DNA from: the human T2T-CHM13v2.0 reference genome, Homo sapiens
NCBI RefSeq assembly: GCF_009914755.1
Contig: NC_060934.1
Reading direction: 5' to 3' (one strand)
DNA length: 64,000 nucleotides
The notes under the pieces are model-generated. The model did no database searches. It was not told the DNA's origin and saw only the letters and a program-made list of their open reading frames with translations. Below, in pieces: positions 1-15,683 of this stretch. The first letter of the stretch is position 1; each line of letters starts with the position of its first letter. The translations under genes were made by a program, and so were the position numbers.

Positions 1-411
1 AAGAGAGACAAAGAACAAAGGCGAAAGAAGATCCCTGTGGCCAACTGTGCAGTGAGCCCGGAGACAGGCAGCCAAAGAGGAGCTGGTCAGAGGGGCCTAG
101 AAGGAATTTTTCTAAAAAGACAGAAATGCTAGATTCTCAATTAGGGCTGAACACACTGAGAGGAGATTTACACAGCTGAATTAGTGTTTTGGCAGATAAA
201 ATGAAGTCTACAAAACATTAAAAAAAATAGAACAAAATGATAATGATTAATTCCAGAGGAGAAAATACTGTTTGGAAGAGAAAAAGTAACTGTGATATAA
301 TTTATGTCTCAGCTGTCGATAGTGTTTACACTATAATAAATGTGAATCCTGAAAATGGCTCTAACCAAAATTACAACAAAATCAGAATGGGAAGATGGGG
401 GGCAGCACAGG

Positions 412-413
<2 letters not shown>

Positions 414-462
<49 letters not shown>
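414..462. repeat. (GT)n(GA)n microsatellite
   Basis: Visible. Confidence 0.95.
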
Positions 463-1975
463 GGGTGGCAAAGAGGATAGGAGAGGTGTATGTCAAAGAG
501 ACCAGACTCTTATTTTTCACAGTAGAAAGTCCATTGGTAAGTCTTGAAATGGAAAATACAAAAAGTATCAACACAAACAAGTTATTTCGAAATATGAAAG
601 TAAATACCAGAATAATTACTGTAAAAAGAGTTGAGAGTGATTGCCTCTGGGGAAAAAGAAACAGTGGGAACAGGGTAGGAAACTGGTTCTTGTCATAGCA
701 AAAGAATAATTTGTCTTTTAAACTACGTCCATAGATAATTATGACAAAAGTAAAAACAAAAATAGAGAAAAAGAATAAGAGAAGAAAGAAGGCTCACACG
801 TAGACTGTGCACCCACTCTCAGGTAGCACTATTACCAACACCTCCTCAAGCTTTGGCTCATTTAATCCCCACGTGGCACAGTTCCTGTTATCCAGGTGAG
901 AAAAGAGGCCTAGAGACTCTGAAAACCTGCATGGGGCACACATCTAGCAAGAGATTTGCTCAATTCATCCGTCTCCCGGCTCCCCCAACTTTGGGCAACT
1001 CTTACCAACACATTATTTTTCTTCTGAGTTAGTTCCTGTAAGGAGGAAAGGTCTGGTCTTTTCCCAAAGCCTTCCTGGAGTTCCTGCTGACTTGGGGACA
1101 TAACTCTGTCAGTGATTTAATTCATTCCAGATGGAAGGCTCCACTTGGCTCTTAAAACATGCCTTTGGGAGTGCTGAGATTTGCAGATAAGACTTGGGAT
1201 GAGGGAGGAAGAAAAGGAAGCCAGAGGGTGGCAGAATATGAAGGCTGGGGGTGGGAAAGTCATTTAGGGATGAGTTTGAACCTGATGGAACAGCCTCCTC
1301 CACAGCTGTCAGGCCTGCAGCCAGGGTTTGGGGCCTCGGGCCACCAGCCCAGAATCTTAGGGTCAGAGACACATGCACTCCACCCATTCACAAATTCCCC
1401 AGACACTTCTGAATGCTCAGTGGCAGACACTGGAGTGGGAGTTGCGATGCAGGGTTGAATAAAATACAAACTACTGCCTTGAGACGTTCACAGTCTAGCA
1501 AATGAGACAGCAAAATGGACAAGTGGATAGCGAAATATTTATGATCCTGTGAGATTATAAATATTTGGGACAGAGTACAGAGGGAGGACAAAAGAGAGTC
1601 ATAGTCATGGAGGAATGGACAGTAGGCTGGGTCATGAAAAATCAACGGGCAAATTCCAGGGAGCAAAGTTGGAAGGGATACACCAGGCAGAGAAAAGGGC
1701 AGGGGCAAAGACATGGTGGCCTGCTGGATGGCAAATCATGGAGGCTGGGTGAGAAGGAGCTCTCAGGGTTCCTTGGAGCTGCCCTACACAGCTCGGGGGA
1801 GCTGGTATCAGCAGATAGGGTGTCCACTCCTGGTCCCTCCTCTTCTGAGCGTTGTAACCTCAATGAAGGCGCTTCATCTTTCTGAGCATCGGTTTTTAAA
1901 ATCTATTTATGGAGAAGGTGGTTTTTAAATTAAAAATCAACATGAAAATAATATATCGCATTGTATTGGGAGGGA

Positions 1976-2138
1976 ATTGTTTTTGTTTTTGTTTCTTTAG
2001 ACACAGGGTTTGCTCTGTCACCCAGGCTGGTGTGCAGCAGCGCAAACATAGCTCACTACAGCTCACTCTCCTGGGCAATCCTTCTACCTCAGCCTCCCGA
2101 GTAGCTGGGACTACAGGCATGCACCACCGCACCCAGCC
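1976..2138 (-). mobile_element. Alu monomer (FRAM/AluJ)
   Basis: Single Alu arm with T-rich tail. Confidence 0.8.
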
Positions 2139-2405
2139 TATATATTTTTTTAAAACCAAGAATGTTGCATACGTGTTTGTGATGAAGAACAAGCTTTTTG
2201 GTCCAACTCTCTCTACCCCTGATTCACTTTCCCAAGGCAATGTCTTTTAGCCATTTCTATTTGTATTTATTTAGATGGTTAGCCTCTGTAACTCTACATT
2301 AAAGTAGAGTTTGCTTATGGATCTGTTTCTTAATTTACCAACATTAGATAATGAAAAGTAATCATTTAGTTCACATAAACTCCTTTTTCTCTTCTTCTTT
2401 GATTC

Positions 2406-2406
<1 letters not shown>

Positions 2407-2460
<54 letters not shown>
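2407..2460. repeat. (TCTA)n tetranucleotide STR
   Basis: Visible, about 13 units. Confidence 0.95.
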
Positions 2461-2462
<2 letters not shown>

Positions 2463-3061
2463 CTAATCTGTTTTCTACTGGCTATATTTGAACATTTAAA
2501 CAATTACTTATTTTCTATTTCTTTTTTAAAATTAATTCTATTCACCATCTTGACAACCCTGTATGATGATAAGACTATTAACTCCTCCCTTTTCTTACGT
2601 TTTTCCCCCCATTAATGGAGCATTCCATTGGCTACACATTGATTTTTCTATTGTCAAGATAGTTGGCAGGGCACAGTGGCTCACTCACTCTTGTAATATA
2701 GAAAATAATGGCAACAATATCTCCCTTTCATTTAAAATGCCAGGTCTTCATATTAAATGAAATGTATGTGAAAGCCTAGAACTGACTTCCTGCCTTGGTA
2801 CAGCAATCACAATACTGTCTCCAGCTCGGACCTACACTCGGACTAGGTGCACAAGTCTGCTTGCTTCCCAGACCCTGGCTCAAGGACATGAGCTGCTTTG
2901 TAGTGAGGTTTTTATTTGTTTACACAAAATAGAAAAGTTGAGGACAATATAGTGAATGTTCCATAACATTAAATTGATTAATTCAGGGGATTTTTATTTA
3001 CTCTAAAAGTCTGTTCCTTTTACTTATTTTGGTATTAAAATAAAAATGTTATTAAAATTTA

Positions 3062-3375
<314 letters not shown>

Positions 3376-3613
3376 TCACAAAATGATGGATGATTCTTAT
3401 TCAAAGGCTCCAAAACTGAAATGCAGAACGGATTATATTTTAATGTAGTCCTTGACCAAATAAAAAGTTAGGACTCTTGTTTGGCCTTCCATGTGGGCAG
3501 GGGATGCAGTTTGCTTACAGGTCCTTGAAATGCAAATATTTAGGAACCACTGAGCTAAATGGATGGAGAATGGAAATCCAGGTGGTTCTTGACTTTAGCT
3601 GCAATGACTTTTG

Positions 3614-3762
3614 TTTTGAGATAGGGTCTCACTCTGTCACCCAGGCTGAAGTGCAGTGGCCCAATTGTAGCTCATGCAGGCTCAAACTTTTGGGCTCAAG
3701 TGATTCTCCAGCCTCAGCCTCCTAAAGTACTGGGATTACAGACATGAGCCCCTGTGCCTGGC
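3614..3762 (-). mobile_element. Monomer-length Alu
   Basis: TSD TGCAATGACTTTT on both sides. Confidence 0.8.
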
Positions 3763-6129
3763 CTGCAATGACTTTTTGTCCCCTCTGAGTATGCGCTGTG
3801 GAGGTCAGCTTAGGGCGGTACTGAGTGAGTGAGTGGTCTGCATTAGCGAGTGTTGATGAATGAGATGGTGACCTGGGAGGAGACCAGGGCTGACTGCTGG
3901 GGCTCAGCCTATGGAACAGGTGGGAATTGGAATTGGAATTCCTCTCTTGGAGATATTGTCCAGGAGAGCCTGTGGCTTTGCTTCTCTTTGAGAACAAAGG
4001 AAGGAAAGGGGTTTTGTTACATTAAGATGGCTGGAACTGGAGCATCCAGTGAGTGTCTAAAAATGACATAGAAGGGAGGGTTATTTGAGGCTGGAACCCC
4101 AAGAAGCCTCAGGCCAGGTGTGCTACAGAAATCTGGGAAGCCTTCCTGTGGGAGGGAGGGGATGGAATAGAAGTGGCAAAGTGCATGGTGTTTGGGGGGA
4201 CTGTGGAGGGAACCATCAGGTCAGGCCTGAGGTGGTTAGGGTAGCCTTTTGTGTATGGTGTGATGTAAGCAGCTGTTAAACAGTGGGAAAGGGGGTTCCC
4301 TGTCAAATAATTTGGGGAAATGCTAGGTTTAACAAAGTCATACAGGTTTCTTTACCACAGGGCTTGTACATGGTAGTGTGACCAGTGAATCTCCAGGAAT
4401 CAAATATATGTTTCCTCAAATTACAGACCCTTTCCCTGGAAACTGCCATGGACAGTAGGAGAGAAAAGGGTGGAGGGGTTTGAGGGGCTGAGATCATGGC
4501 GAGTCTTGATCCAGAGGCCTCACTCCATCCTGTGTGTGAGAGAAACACGGATAGAGAATTAAACATGCAGAGTCCTGGGGCCCATCCCTAACAGGAGGTC
4601 TGAAGCCTGGCCCAGGAATCTATGTGCTTAACAAACTGATTCCCATGCCAGGGCTCCAGGAACCACACTTTGAGAAATGATGAGTGCAGATGAGACAACT
4701 CCAATGAACACAAGTCCTGGAAGCCACAGCATTGGACGGCACTTAAGGATTTAAGCCTCCATGAGGATGGAGGGCTGAGAGCTAAGAGCCTAGATCTCCC
4801 GCCCCGCTAAGGGATTTGGGTGGGGAGAGCTGAGCCGCCCATGGTCTGGCTGTGCAGGTGACCACAGCGAAGCCACTTGCCTTCCCCCTGGTGTCTGAAG
4901 TGAGATACTGCAGATCAGGGCTTGCAGACCTCCCAGAGCAGGTTGGCTGGCAGCTGCCCTCAGAGATGTAAGAGGACAAGGCCCAGCTCAACCCCGCCTC
5001 TTCCAGAAAGCCTCTCTCCCCTGGCTCCTCTGTGCTCCTTCAACACCCGTTTCTGAAACACACCACCTCACTTTGCCACACCTCCTCCTGATGTTTCTAA
5101 AATGGTTATTTTAGATCTTATGGGAAGGATAGGGGCACTGATAGCTTTATCTCTGAAAGTGGGGAGCCCAGGGACACTGTCTATAGCTGAAAATAGAAGT
5201 ATCCTACTTAGACTTACAAAGATAACAACCAAGGAGCAAATGCCAGCCATCTAACTGGATGGGGGGGAAGGGGGAGAGGAGATCCCCCATCTGATACGGC
5301 CAAATATCTGTAAAACAGATAAATCAAGAGAGCAGAAAGACATCATACTGTATGGCTCCATTTATACGACATTGTGGAGAAGGCAAAATCAGACCCATGG
5401 CTGTCAGGGAAGATTTGGGGATGAGCTGAAGAAGGAAATGGCTTTGCAGTCCGGCTGGGAGACAGGACGGGGAGGAAACCTACTGGGGAGCAGGGTGGGT
5501 TAGGGAAAGTAACCTACCCCAGCAGACCATGCGACACTAGTGGGAAAAGATCTGCCTGCTTGGCCCAGTGCACAGAGCTTTCCCAACCCTGTCCTGGTTG
5601 CTGACTAATGTCTTAGGGATGTGAGAGGCCGGGGGAGGGATGTGGCCAAGGATTCTGGGAGGGGCGGTTACAAGATCTTGGGTAGGAATGAGAACAACAG
5701 CAAGAGCAACTGACTTGATCAGAGCTTCCCAACCTATGGGCTTATTTAATCCTCACAATGATTCTATGGACTTCTTATTATCCCTACATGGCAGAGGAGG
5801 AGACTGGAGCCCAGTGATATTAGGTAATCTGCACAAAGTAACACAACCAATAAGAGAGAGAGGGTTTTGGACACAGGCACCTTTGGCTTCAGCACCCTTG
5901 CCTTTAATGGCCACTGCTCTGTATGGTACGAAGTCCGTGAAGCCAGTGATGGTGGAGAATCTTCTATGACATTCGTGCAATGCAATGCACCTATCCCACC
6001 ATAGCTTACCCACTTCTGTTGATAGGTACTCACTATTTTCCTGGGAAGGCCATGCTTAAATGGACTCAAAGTCAACTTCCTTATGCATTCATCCACAGCC
6101 CCAGTTACCCTTTTAATCCTTGAGGTAGT

Positions 6130-6490
6130 CACGAGTGCTGCCAGTCAATCATTCCTATCTGCACATGGGCTCTAGGTGTGATTGCACTTCCTGGCCCCAT
6201 GAAGTTACGTGTTGCCATGTGACTTCCTTTGGCCAGTGAAATGTGAGCAGAAGCCTAAATAGCCAGTGTGTGGCTTACCTCTTTCCTATGCCATTGCTGC
6301 AGTGTCTTGGGGAGCTCATGCCTACATGAAGCCTGACTTGCCCTGAATCCCCGAGCAACTAGGATGAGGAGAGCTCCATGCTGACCTGTGTTGAACATGT
6401 AATGTGAGCAAGAAATAAACCTTGGCTGTGTGAGCCACTGAGATTTGGGGATTGTTTATTATTATAGCAAAACCTAACCAATCCTGGCTC
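6130..6490 (+). mobile_element. MLT1-type MaLR LTR
   Basis: ggccagtgaaatgtgagcagaag...gagcaagaaataaacc...ccactgagatttggg. Confidence 0.65.
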
Positions 6491-6715
6491 AATCTGTTCC
6501 CAGAGAACAAGTGTCCACTCAGGGTCAACAACAGTCCAGCCTCTTCTAAGTCTTCTCTAACCTGGATAGCCCCCAGTTTTTCCAGCTGAGCCTTCAGTTT
6601 GCTGACCTCTCACCTGATCTCTTCTTCCAGACACACTGCAGTGTGGAAAGGGAACACCATCACCCAGGAGCAATTTGTAAAATCTATTATCCCTTCCCCC
6701 TTCTCAGTATTCTTT

Positions 6716-7023
6716 ATTTTTACTTTTATTTATTTATCTTTTTTGAGATGGAGTCTTGCTCTGTTGCCCAGGCTGGAGTGCAGCGGCGCGATCTCGGCTC
6801 ACTGAAAGCTCTGCCTCCCAGTTCACGCCATTCTCCTGCCTTAGCCTCTTGAGTAGCTGGGACTACAGGCGCCTGCCACCACGCCCGGCTAATTTTTGTA
6901 TTTTTAGTAGAGATGGGGTTTCACCGTGTTAGCCAGGATGGTCTTGATCTCCTGACCTTGTGATCTGCCCGCCTTGGTCTCCCAAAGTGCTGGGATTACA
7001 GGTGTGAGCCACTGCGCCCAGCC
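6716..7023 (-). mobile_element. AluY-like
   Basis: AluY diagnostics; TSD TTCTCAGTATTCTTT at 6701-6715 and 7026-7040. Confidence 0.92.
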
Positions 7024-8824
7024 CTTTCTCAGTATTCTTTCTACCTCAGTGATGCAGCCAATGATTGCACTGAGCCTTCAGCAGGCAAACAAGGCTAACC
7101 CCATCCCTGGGTTCCGTTCTGGACCTGCCTGGTTCTAATTCTTTGGGCTCTGGATAAAATGAGGCTTCAATATGTAGAGGTAGATTGACCTAGTTCTGGG
7201 TTTCCTTCTGTCTTGACACTACTACTAACTTACCGGGTCACTATGGGCAATTTACCTAACCTCTCTGAGCCTGTCTTCTCAAATGAAGGCTAGAAGTAAT
7301 AAGACCAACTTTGAGATGGCGGTAAGCATCAGGTACAGCACCCAGCACCTCCCTGGTGCCTGGTGGGCCTGTGCAGATGTTATTGCCTTTTATTTTTCCC
7401 TCACCCCCATCTCTTTCAGGCTCACAAGATGGAGAAAGGGGAAGGCATTTCTGGAATGAGGCCCCAGTCGGCTCCTGCACCATTGCTCTGTCCCAATCTC
7501 TGAGTTTTAGGCCAGCCAGAGGCCCTTCTAGCCCCCCTTCCAGGTCACAGCTGTCTGTTCTCCCTTCCCTTGTCACAGGGGCTGCCCCATGGGGCTGCGA
7601 GAGAGGGAGGGGGATTCCAGGCTGCAGATGTCCAGGACTCAGAGAAGTCTGCAGAGCTAATCCTGGGGCTGCTGGCGAGGCCAGGCCAGGGCCTTAGAAG
7701 TGGCTTTCAAGAGGTCCTCTCCTGCCTGCCGGCAGCGTGTGGCTCAGCTCGAATTTCCGAGGCCCCCAACTCAGGAACAGCTGCGTGGCTTCCCCTCTCC
7801 TCCCTCTGTTCCCTCCTTTCTTCCCCATACATGAGTCAAAGAGACAGCCAGGCAGGGCTAGCCAGGGGTCTGGACAGAATCCAGAAGTCTCCAGCCACTC
7901 AACCCTGGTCTCTCTGAAGCCTGGGGAGCTCAGACACCTGGGGTTTCTTGGGCCTTTCAACTCCAGACATATTCCTGCTGCTCTTCATTTGGCCAAAAAC
8001 CTCTGGCCCAGCTTTGATGTTTGCCTTTTTGTCCACCCCTTGGTTCTCTGGCTGGGCAGGCTTCCTGGGACACCTTCTACCCAGTGTGGTGGGGCGGGAC
8101 CTGCCTTGGGGTGGAGCCTCCTAGTTTGGTAGTACGCCCACCCACAAGCCTTCCCAGCCTCCTCCTTCCCCCAGGTCCCTAAATGTCCCTTCCAACTGCC
8201 TCCCAGAGCAACAACCTCTGACTCTCCTTTCCATGTCCCTATCAACATCTCCACACCCACCCCAGGGAAAGGCGAGAGAGAGAGTGTGTGTGTGTGTTAC
8301 ACGTGTAATGCTTGTTACATGAAAAGCTTGTTTGGTTATATCCTTAACTATCTTGCTGGGTTTTTTTTGACAAATAAGGAAACAAGAGCCAGACAGGGTG
8401 GGAAATTTGACTGGTTCACAGAAAGAGGAAATGGTAAAGCCAGGATTTAAACCCAGTTGTGATGATTCTGAGCCCATGCTCTTTCTTCACGCCACCATGT
8501 GGCCTGGAAAAGACCTGCCACACACCTGCCCAGGAGCATGCAGGGAGTGAGTGATTCACCCCCTGCCCCAGATACAAGCGGCCCATGACCAGGGACTCAG
8601 GCCACTTCCACAGAACACGCTTGGTCCAGAGTGACAGTGAGGAGAGAATGACTTGGCTGGTGCAGGAGACCCCCATGCTAGTTCCTCTTGGTGATGGGTC
8701 CCCAGGGTGAGGCATGAATCTGCTCCCGCTGGGCCTCCAGTCTCCCTCACAGTACAAGTTCATTTAGGTGCTGGGAGTGACCCTGGGGGAACAGATGGTG
8801 CTGCATGATCATACATGATCCTGA

Positions 8825-9242
<418 letters not shown>

Positions 9243-10549
9243 AAAGATACCTTCAGGGGAAAGACTGACTCTACACAGTCCCAACCTTGGGATGATAAAC
9301 TAACCCCAAACATGGAGTAGTAGGTGGCCCCTTACTCCCAGCAAGTCCTTCTCTAATGGTGAGATTCCAGGACAGGGGAGAAGTCTAGGGAGAGAGACTG
9401 GGGACATGCGGCCTTCCGGGACCTCAGTCTCACACCACCGGGTCCTGGGCTCCCTGTTGTCTCTTATCAATCTAGGTTTCCAGCGTGGTGCAGTGAAGGA
9501 GTGTGTGACCCAGGCCCCAGCCGCACTCTGCAATGACACCATGGGCAAGTCCCTTAAACCCGCTCCAGACCTCAGTTTCCTCATCTGTCAGCTGAGACTA
9601 CTGGACAAATGACCAGATGAAGTTCTAGAGCCCTGGAGGACTCTGTCTGGGCTGGAGACAGCTCAAGACCCTGCCCAGGAAGCAGAATGGCTTCTAGTGC
9701 TGGCTACATCTGGCCTGAGGCTGCTTGCTTATGGTTTGGGACTGGTTACCAGATCTGCTTCCAGGGATGGTGTCATCGCCTCATTTTATAGGTGAGAAAA
9801 ACCCCTTTGTTTCCCGAGGGTCCTGTGCAGCCTTCCCTGCCCCTCCAGCTCCTACTACCTCTACCTTCTGTCTGTCCCTCTGTTCTGAAGCTCCTGTGTT
9901 CTGTCCTTGTCCTACTCAGGCCTGCTCTTCTCTGAGGCCACAGGCTCAGGGCTCTGCAGGCCTCTTCATCATGTCCCAGGAGCCCCAACCCTCAAACAAC
10001 TGCCCATTTCCCTTTCCTCTGTGTCAAAACTCCATGTTTCGGCCTGCAATTGTCACAGGCCCAATGGACCTTTCACACCAGCTGGCTGAGCTTGAACAGG
10101 TCACTTGAGCCCAGAGCCTGGACACGTGTGAAACAAAGACTGCAATAATCTCACAGTGACTGGAGCAGCTGTCTCACACTGGGTGCTTACTGAGACAGGC
10201 TGGACACCATGTCCTCACCATCAGCCCATGAAATGAGAGCCATCTCTCTCCCATGTCGAGCTTGAGAATGTGCCTGCCTGACAGAGGTGTAGGACTGCCT
10301 CAGCAAGGGCATAGTATACAATAGGTGCTTAATAAATGGGGACAATTGTGTTAAGATTTGTGGAACCCCAGGGGCAGTGGCTCAGCATCAGGTGGTTTAA
10401 AAACCCTCTGCCAGGTCAAGGCTGGCCTGGAATTGAAGGAGGATAGCAGAGGAGGGTGTTTGGTGGGCCCTGCAGTGGGAAGCTAGAGGTGGCCAAGGCT
10501 GGGGAGGTGGGCGGTGCAGGTACCCTGCGCCTACTGCATTAGCCCCATT

Positions 10550-10980
10550 TTTAAAAATTGAGATCACATTACAAATAATTAGCCATTTGATGAGTGGCAT
10601 TTAGTATATTGACACTGCTGTCAACCTCTGTGCAACCTCTATTTAGTTCCAAAACGTTTTTCACCACCTGAAAAGGAAACCGCAGAGGCATTAAGCAGTC
10701 ACTCCCCATTCTCCTGTCCCCACAGCCCCTGGCCATTGCTCAATCTGTTTTCTATCTCTATGGATTTACCTGTTCTAGGTGTTTCATACACATGGAATCA
10801 CACACTACATGACTTCTTGAGTCCGGCTTCTTACACGTAGCGTCGCATTTTCAAGGTTCCTCCTTGTAGCCCAGGTCAGTACTTCATTCCTTTTTATGGC
10901 TGAATAACATGTCATTGTATGGACAGACCACATCTTGTTTGTCCATTCATCCACTGATGGACATTTGGGCTGTTCCATCG
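10550..10980 (-). mobile_element. L1MB-type 3' region
   Basis: agtacttcattcctttttatggctgaataa...ccattcatccactgatggacatttggg. Confidence 0.75.
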
Positions 10981-12783
10981 TGGGCTCCTTTTTGAAGTGA
11001 AAGTCATTGAAAGCCTGGAGTAAGTCCTGCTATCACCACTCACCCCTTGGGAGGAGGCACAGCCCCATCCAGAGTCCTCTTCCCATAAAGTGTCCTCTCC
11101 TGGCAGCTTCTGTGGCTGCCATGGTGCTCACTGGAGCAGCTGCTGGACAGGGAAGTGGAGAGCACTTACAAGTTGCTTTGCTTTTATTCAGATCTCATGG
11201 ACAAGGACAGTGGGAGAAGAGGATGGGAAGAGAACAGGAAGGTGGAGGGAGAGGGATGGGGTGAGGATGATCTCCCACAGAAGCTTCTGGAAACTCCTGG
11301 CTAGTGACTGGAGTCCAACAAGGCACAAAGCCTAGTTGTGCTCAAGTCTCACTGAAGCCTACCTGAGCTTCATCAACTGGACAGGGCTTGGCTTTTCCAG
11401 GTGGGGAAACTGAGTCCCAGGGAGCAGCAGTGGCTTCCCAAACTGCAGCTGAGTCGGGGATGAAACCTGGAAATTTAGTTGTTCAGTGTGGGTTTACTCT
11501 GCCTTCCAGCACAGGGCATGGTGTAAGCTTGGAGGGACCACCCTACCTCCCTAGTGGGCTCAGTCCACAGCCGGGGAAGTGTACGAGTGTCAGCTCCTCC
11601 CATTAGATAGGTGATAGAGTCAGCAAGGGATCTGGAGCCATGAGTTCCAGCCACCACCTGCTCCTCCTGCAAGCATCTTCTGCCCTCGTGCCTTCCTCTC
11701 CTCACCTATAAACACATTTATTCCCTGATAGGTGGCTGGAGGGCCCAAATGAGACCATACCTGTGAAAGGGTTGGTAGGTTGTAAAGTCAAACACACTAA
11801 CTCTTTTGGCTCATCATGGCCCAGACAGGCAAGGTCCAGCTGTCTTCTTTTCCTGGAGGGAGATTTGCTCTGTCCCAAAGGGATATTTGCCTCACCCACC
11901 TCTGGGCCTGGCTTCAAGCCCCTTTGGCCAGTAACACACTTGAACAAAACCCTTGCTCCTAGCCCCACCCCAGCCCCAGGGAAAGGACTGTACCTGATCA
12001 GCATTAATCTGCCCTTGTCTCGCCAGACTCAGGCTTAGTTAAGTCCATCCCTGGCCAGTAGCTCTGTCTCCGTAAAATGAACACAATATTTCCCCCTGCT
12101 CCCTCCCACCCATGGCTGCGCCTTCCCAACAGGCTGGGCGGTGAGCCATTGACTGGGCCTCCCATCCTCAGCTACCAGAGGCTGCTCCCCGGCCTTAGCC
12201 ACCTCTAGGTCATGAGTGAGAGGTCGAGGGTCCACACATCTGGATCACAGGCCTAGGCTCTTGTGGAATGTCAATGTTAGGGTCCCCTCCTCACTCCCTT
12301 CCTTGCACACGTTTTTTGCACTCCTGAATGTCATATACTATTCTAGGCACATGGAGAAATAAAAGTCTCTGCCCTCCTGGAGCTTCTATTCTAGTGAGGG
12401 GAAACAAATATGAAATTTATACAGGAAGGAAATTGTACAGAATGTTAGAAGGTGATAAGTGCTATTTAAAGACAAAGAGAAAAGGCACTGCAGTAAGGGG
12501 GGTCAGGAGTGCAGTGGGGGCAGAGGGGAAGCGGCAGCAGCGCAGTTTGGAAGAGGGAGATCTGGACAGGTGTTCCTGAGAGGGCAACAGCTGAGGCGAA
12601 CACCAGACGTCCCCCTACCAGAGGATTGACGTTTTTAGAGTGCTGGCGTCGCACACTAGTTTTCACTTTTTCCAGGGTCAGGAAGACACAGAGTTACGGG
12701 TGTAGCTATTCTGCGTCATGTTGGGAGGTGTCTTTCTCCCCTATGGGCTGTTCTCCTGGAGTTCAGGGAGGCTGTGTGGCCTA

Positions 12784-13032
<249 letters not shown>

Positions 13033-14829
13033 CTAGGTTTCAGTGCTAGCCCAACTGGTTGCCAGTTGTATGCCACTGGGTAAGTTACTTTACCACCTCG
13101 AAACCTCAGTTTCTTCATCTGCAAAATGGGAATGAAAAACCGCTTTTCTGAAACTTCTCCAGTTGAGTAAAATTCTATGTGAAATTGCTTTGTAACCTAA
13201 AAAAATACCAACGTAAAATAGATTTATCTATAAATTGTATATGCCTTGTTGTGTGAGCCAGGCAGGCAACTTGGAAGGTGGAGACAGGAATGGGGGCATG
13301 TCTTCTCTGTTGTCTTCTTCCCCGACTTCCTTTGGGTCAGGGAATCCCATGCTCCATGGGATGTGAAGTGATCGAGCGGGGACCCTACTGCCTCCAGGGG
13401 AGGGCTTAATGGAGTCACACAGGAAGTAAGATGCTGCTGTACAGTGGGCTAGCTCTTATCGTCTTGGGGTCCAGCAGGAAGTGATTCTTACCAGCAACTG
13501 CCCTCACCATGAACTGTCCAGGGATAAGAAGATGCAACCAGTGAGGGGGAGAACAGCAATGCAAGACAAAAAGGCTGCCTCAAAGAGAGGCAGAGAGCTG
13601 CAGAATCATCCAGCACTACCCTGCCCTGCTCAGGGCTAACACCAGCATTTTGCAGAGGGCACTAGAAGGAAATCTATACTGGATGAGAACGTCCCTGAGC
13701 AAGGTTAGAGCTGCTCTGGACAATCTCAGGGCTGGGAGTCCTATTCAAGAAGAGGACCAGCTCTCTTCTGGCCAATGTAAAACCATGCAGTGAGCTCTTT
13801 AAGCCTCCTTAAAGATGGACACTCTGCAATTATCAAAATTATACCTCTGGTAGGTACAGGTTGACAGCTCTGAGCCACTACTAGTTTGAGTGCCTCTCAA
13901 CTAGCAGTCTTAATGACAGCATTCTGGAGCTGGGCAGTAGCCCTGAGGCTTTGGGGACCAGAACCTCATCTTTATGGTCCAAAATGGCCCACTGTGTGTC
14001 TGCATCAAAACAGCAGGGTACTGTGGGGCAAACCACAGTCCCTGTCACGGGGCAAGGAAAGGAGCCCCTACTCTGGTCACTCTATTTGTCACTCCCTGGA
14101 CCCTCATACTTCTTTCTTTGCCTTTCTGTCTGCCCTGTGCCCCAGGAGGCTCACTCCTGCAGGCTAAGTCTCTCTGACTCTTTGCCATTGGTTTTTGGTT
14201 AACCAATGGGAGGTACCATGGAACTCTGGACGGTGGGAGGAGAGAAGCTGGGGGTGTTTCCACCCAGCGTCTTGCAGCTGCATGATCTCCAGGGTTGCTG
14301 TTCACTTGGGTGACTCCTCTTTCATGGCTCCAGCTCTTAAAAAGTCGGGGACATTTCCTCTCCTAACCCCTTCAGCCTAGGGGTGCTAAAGTCTTCCCAC
14401 TGTTGCTAGTTTCTGGGAGCCTCTCCATTCCCCATATTGTCCCTTAACCTGCCACCTCTGTCAGTATTGCTTTATAGTGTCTTCATGGGAGCCATCTGGA
14501 GTGATTCTGTTTCTGCAGAGAACCTGATGAGTGCAGCCCCCAAGGGGAAATTATGTACACACATCTGGTTCAGATGGAATAGTCCTGACTCCTGGAGCCT
14601 ATGTTCTGACTCGTCATTATCAACCTTTCCTCTTCTCTCTTTGCAGAATTCTGCCCTCTCCAACTATTTTTTTCTTCTAGATGTGCTGTGCATCACCAGA
14701 GTCTTGGCCTGAGCATGCAGTTGCAATTTAACATCTTCCAACAAATGCAAAATGACTGTCTCAGTGGCTGAATGAATTGGCTGAGAGTGGAGGACCTGAA
14801 GGGATGAAGCTGCCTTTGGGGCCAGGTGG

Positions 14830-15008
14830 CTGGCTGCGGTGGCTCACGCCTGTAATCCTAGCACTTTGAGAGGCAAAGGCAGGGGATTGCTTGAGCTCAG
14901 CTGTTCAAGACCAGCCTGGGCAACATGATGAAACCCGTCTTAAAAGAAAGATAGAAAGAAAGAAAGAAAGAGAGAGAGAGAAGAAAAGAAAGAAAGAAAG
15001 AAAGAAAG

Positions 15009-15071
<63 letters not shown>

Positions 15072-15260
15072 ATAAAAGAAGGAAATTAGCTGGGCATGGT
15101 GGCATGTGCCTGTAGTCCCGGCTACTCAGGAGGCTAAAATGGGAGGATTGCTTGAGCCCAGAGGATCAAGGCTGCAGTGAATCAAGATCACGCCACTGTA
15201 CTCCAGCCTGGGCAACAGAGCAAGACCCTGTCTCAAAACAAAGAAACAAAAGAAACCAAA
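14830..15260 (+). mobile_element. AluJ with the middle A-rich linker expanded into (GAAA)n (about 14942-15085)
   Basis: Left arm, about 140-bp purine microsatellite, right arm. Confidence 0.9.
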
Positions 15261-15683
15261 CAACTTAGGGACCTTAGAGTCACCGTTGACATCCTTCATG
15301 CAGGACTCACATGATCCTTCATGTAGGAGTCATGTATGTGAGCAGCCTCCCTGGAAGACAGCCAGCCAATTGTTGTTTGCATACTTTCAGCGATGGAGAG
15401 CTCAGTACATCTTTAAGCAGTTCATTCTATTACTAAATGCCTTAGTCTAATTATAAATTACAGTCAAAATCTGTGTTCCTCTAATTTCTCTTCATAGGAC
15501 ACAGCTGTGAACTTCATACACAGCTGTGAACTTCATACGTGACAGTCCTTCAAAGACTCAGTGATTGTGTCCTCCTGAGTCATCTTTTTCTCTAGGCATC
15601 TCATGTCTTGCCCCGTCTCCATGTGGCTTCCAGGTGATCCCCTTTCCTTCTTCCCTTCTAATCTTGGTAGGAACCCTTTACAG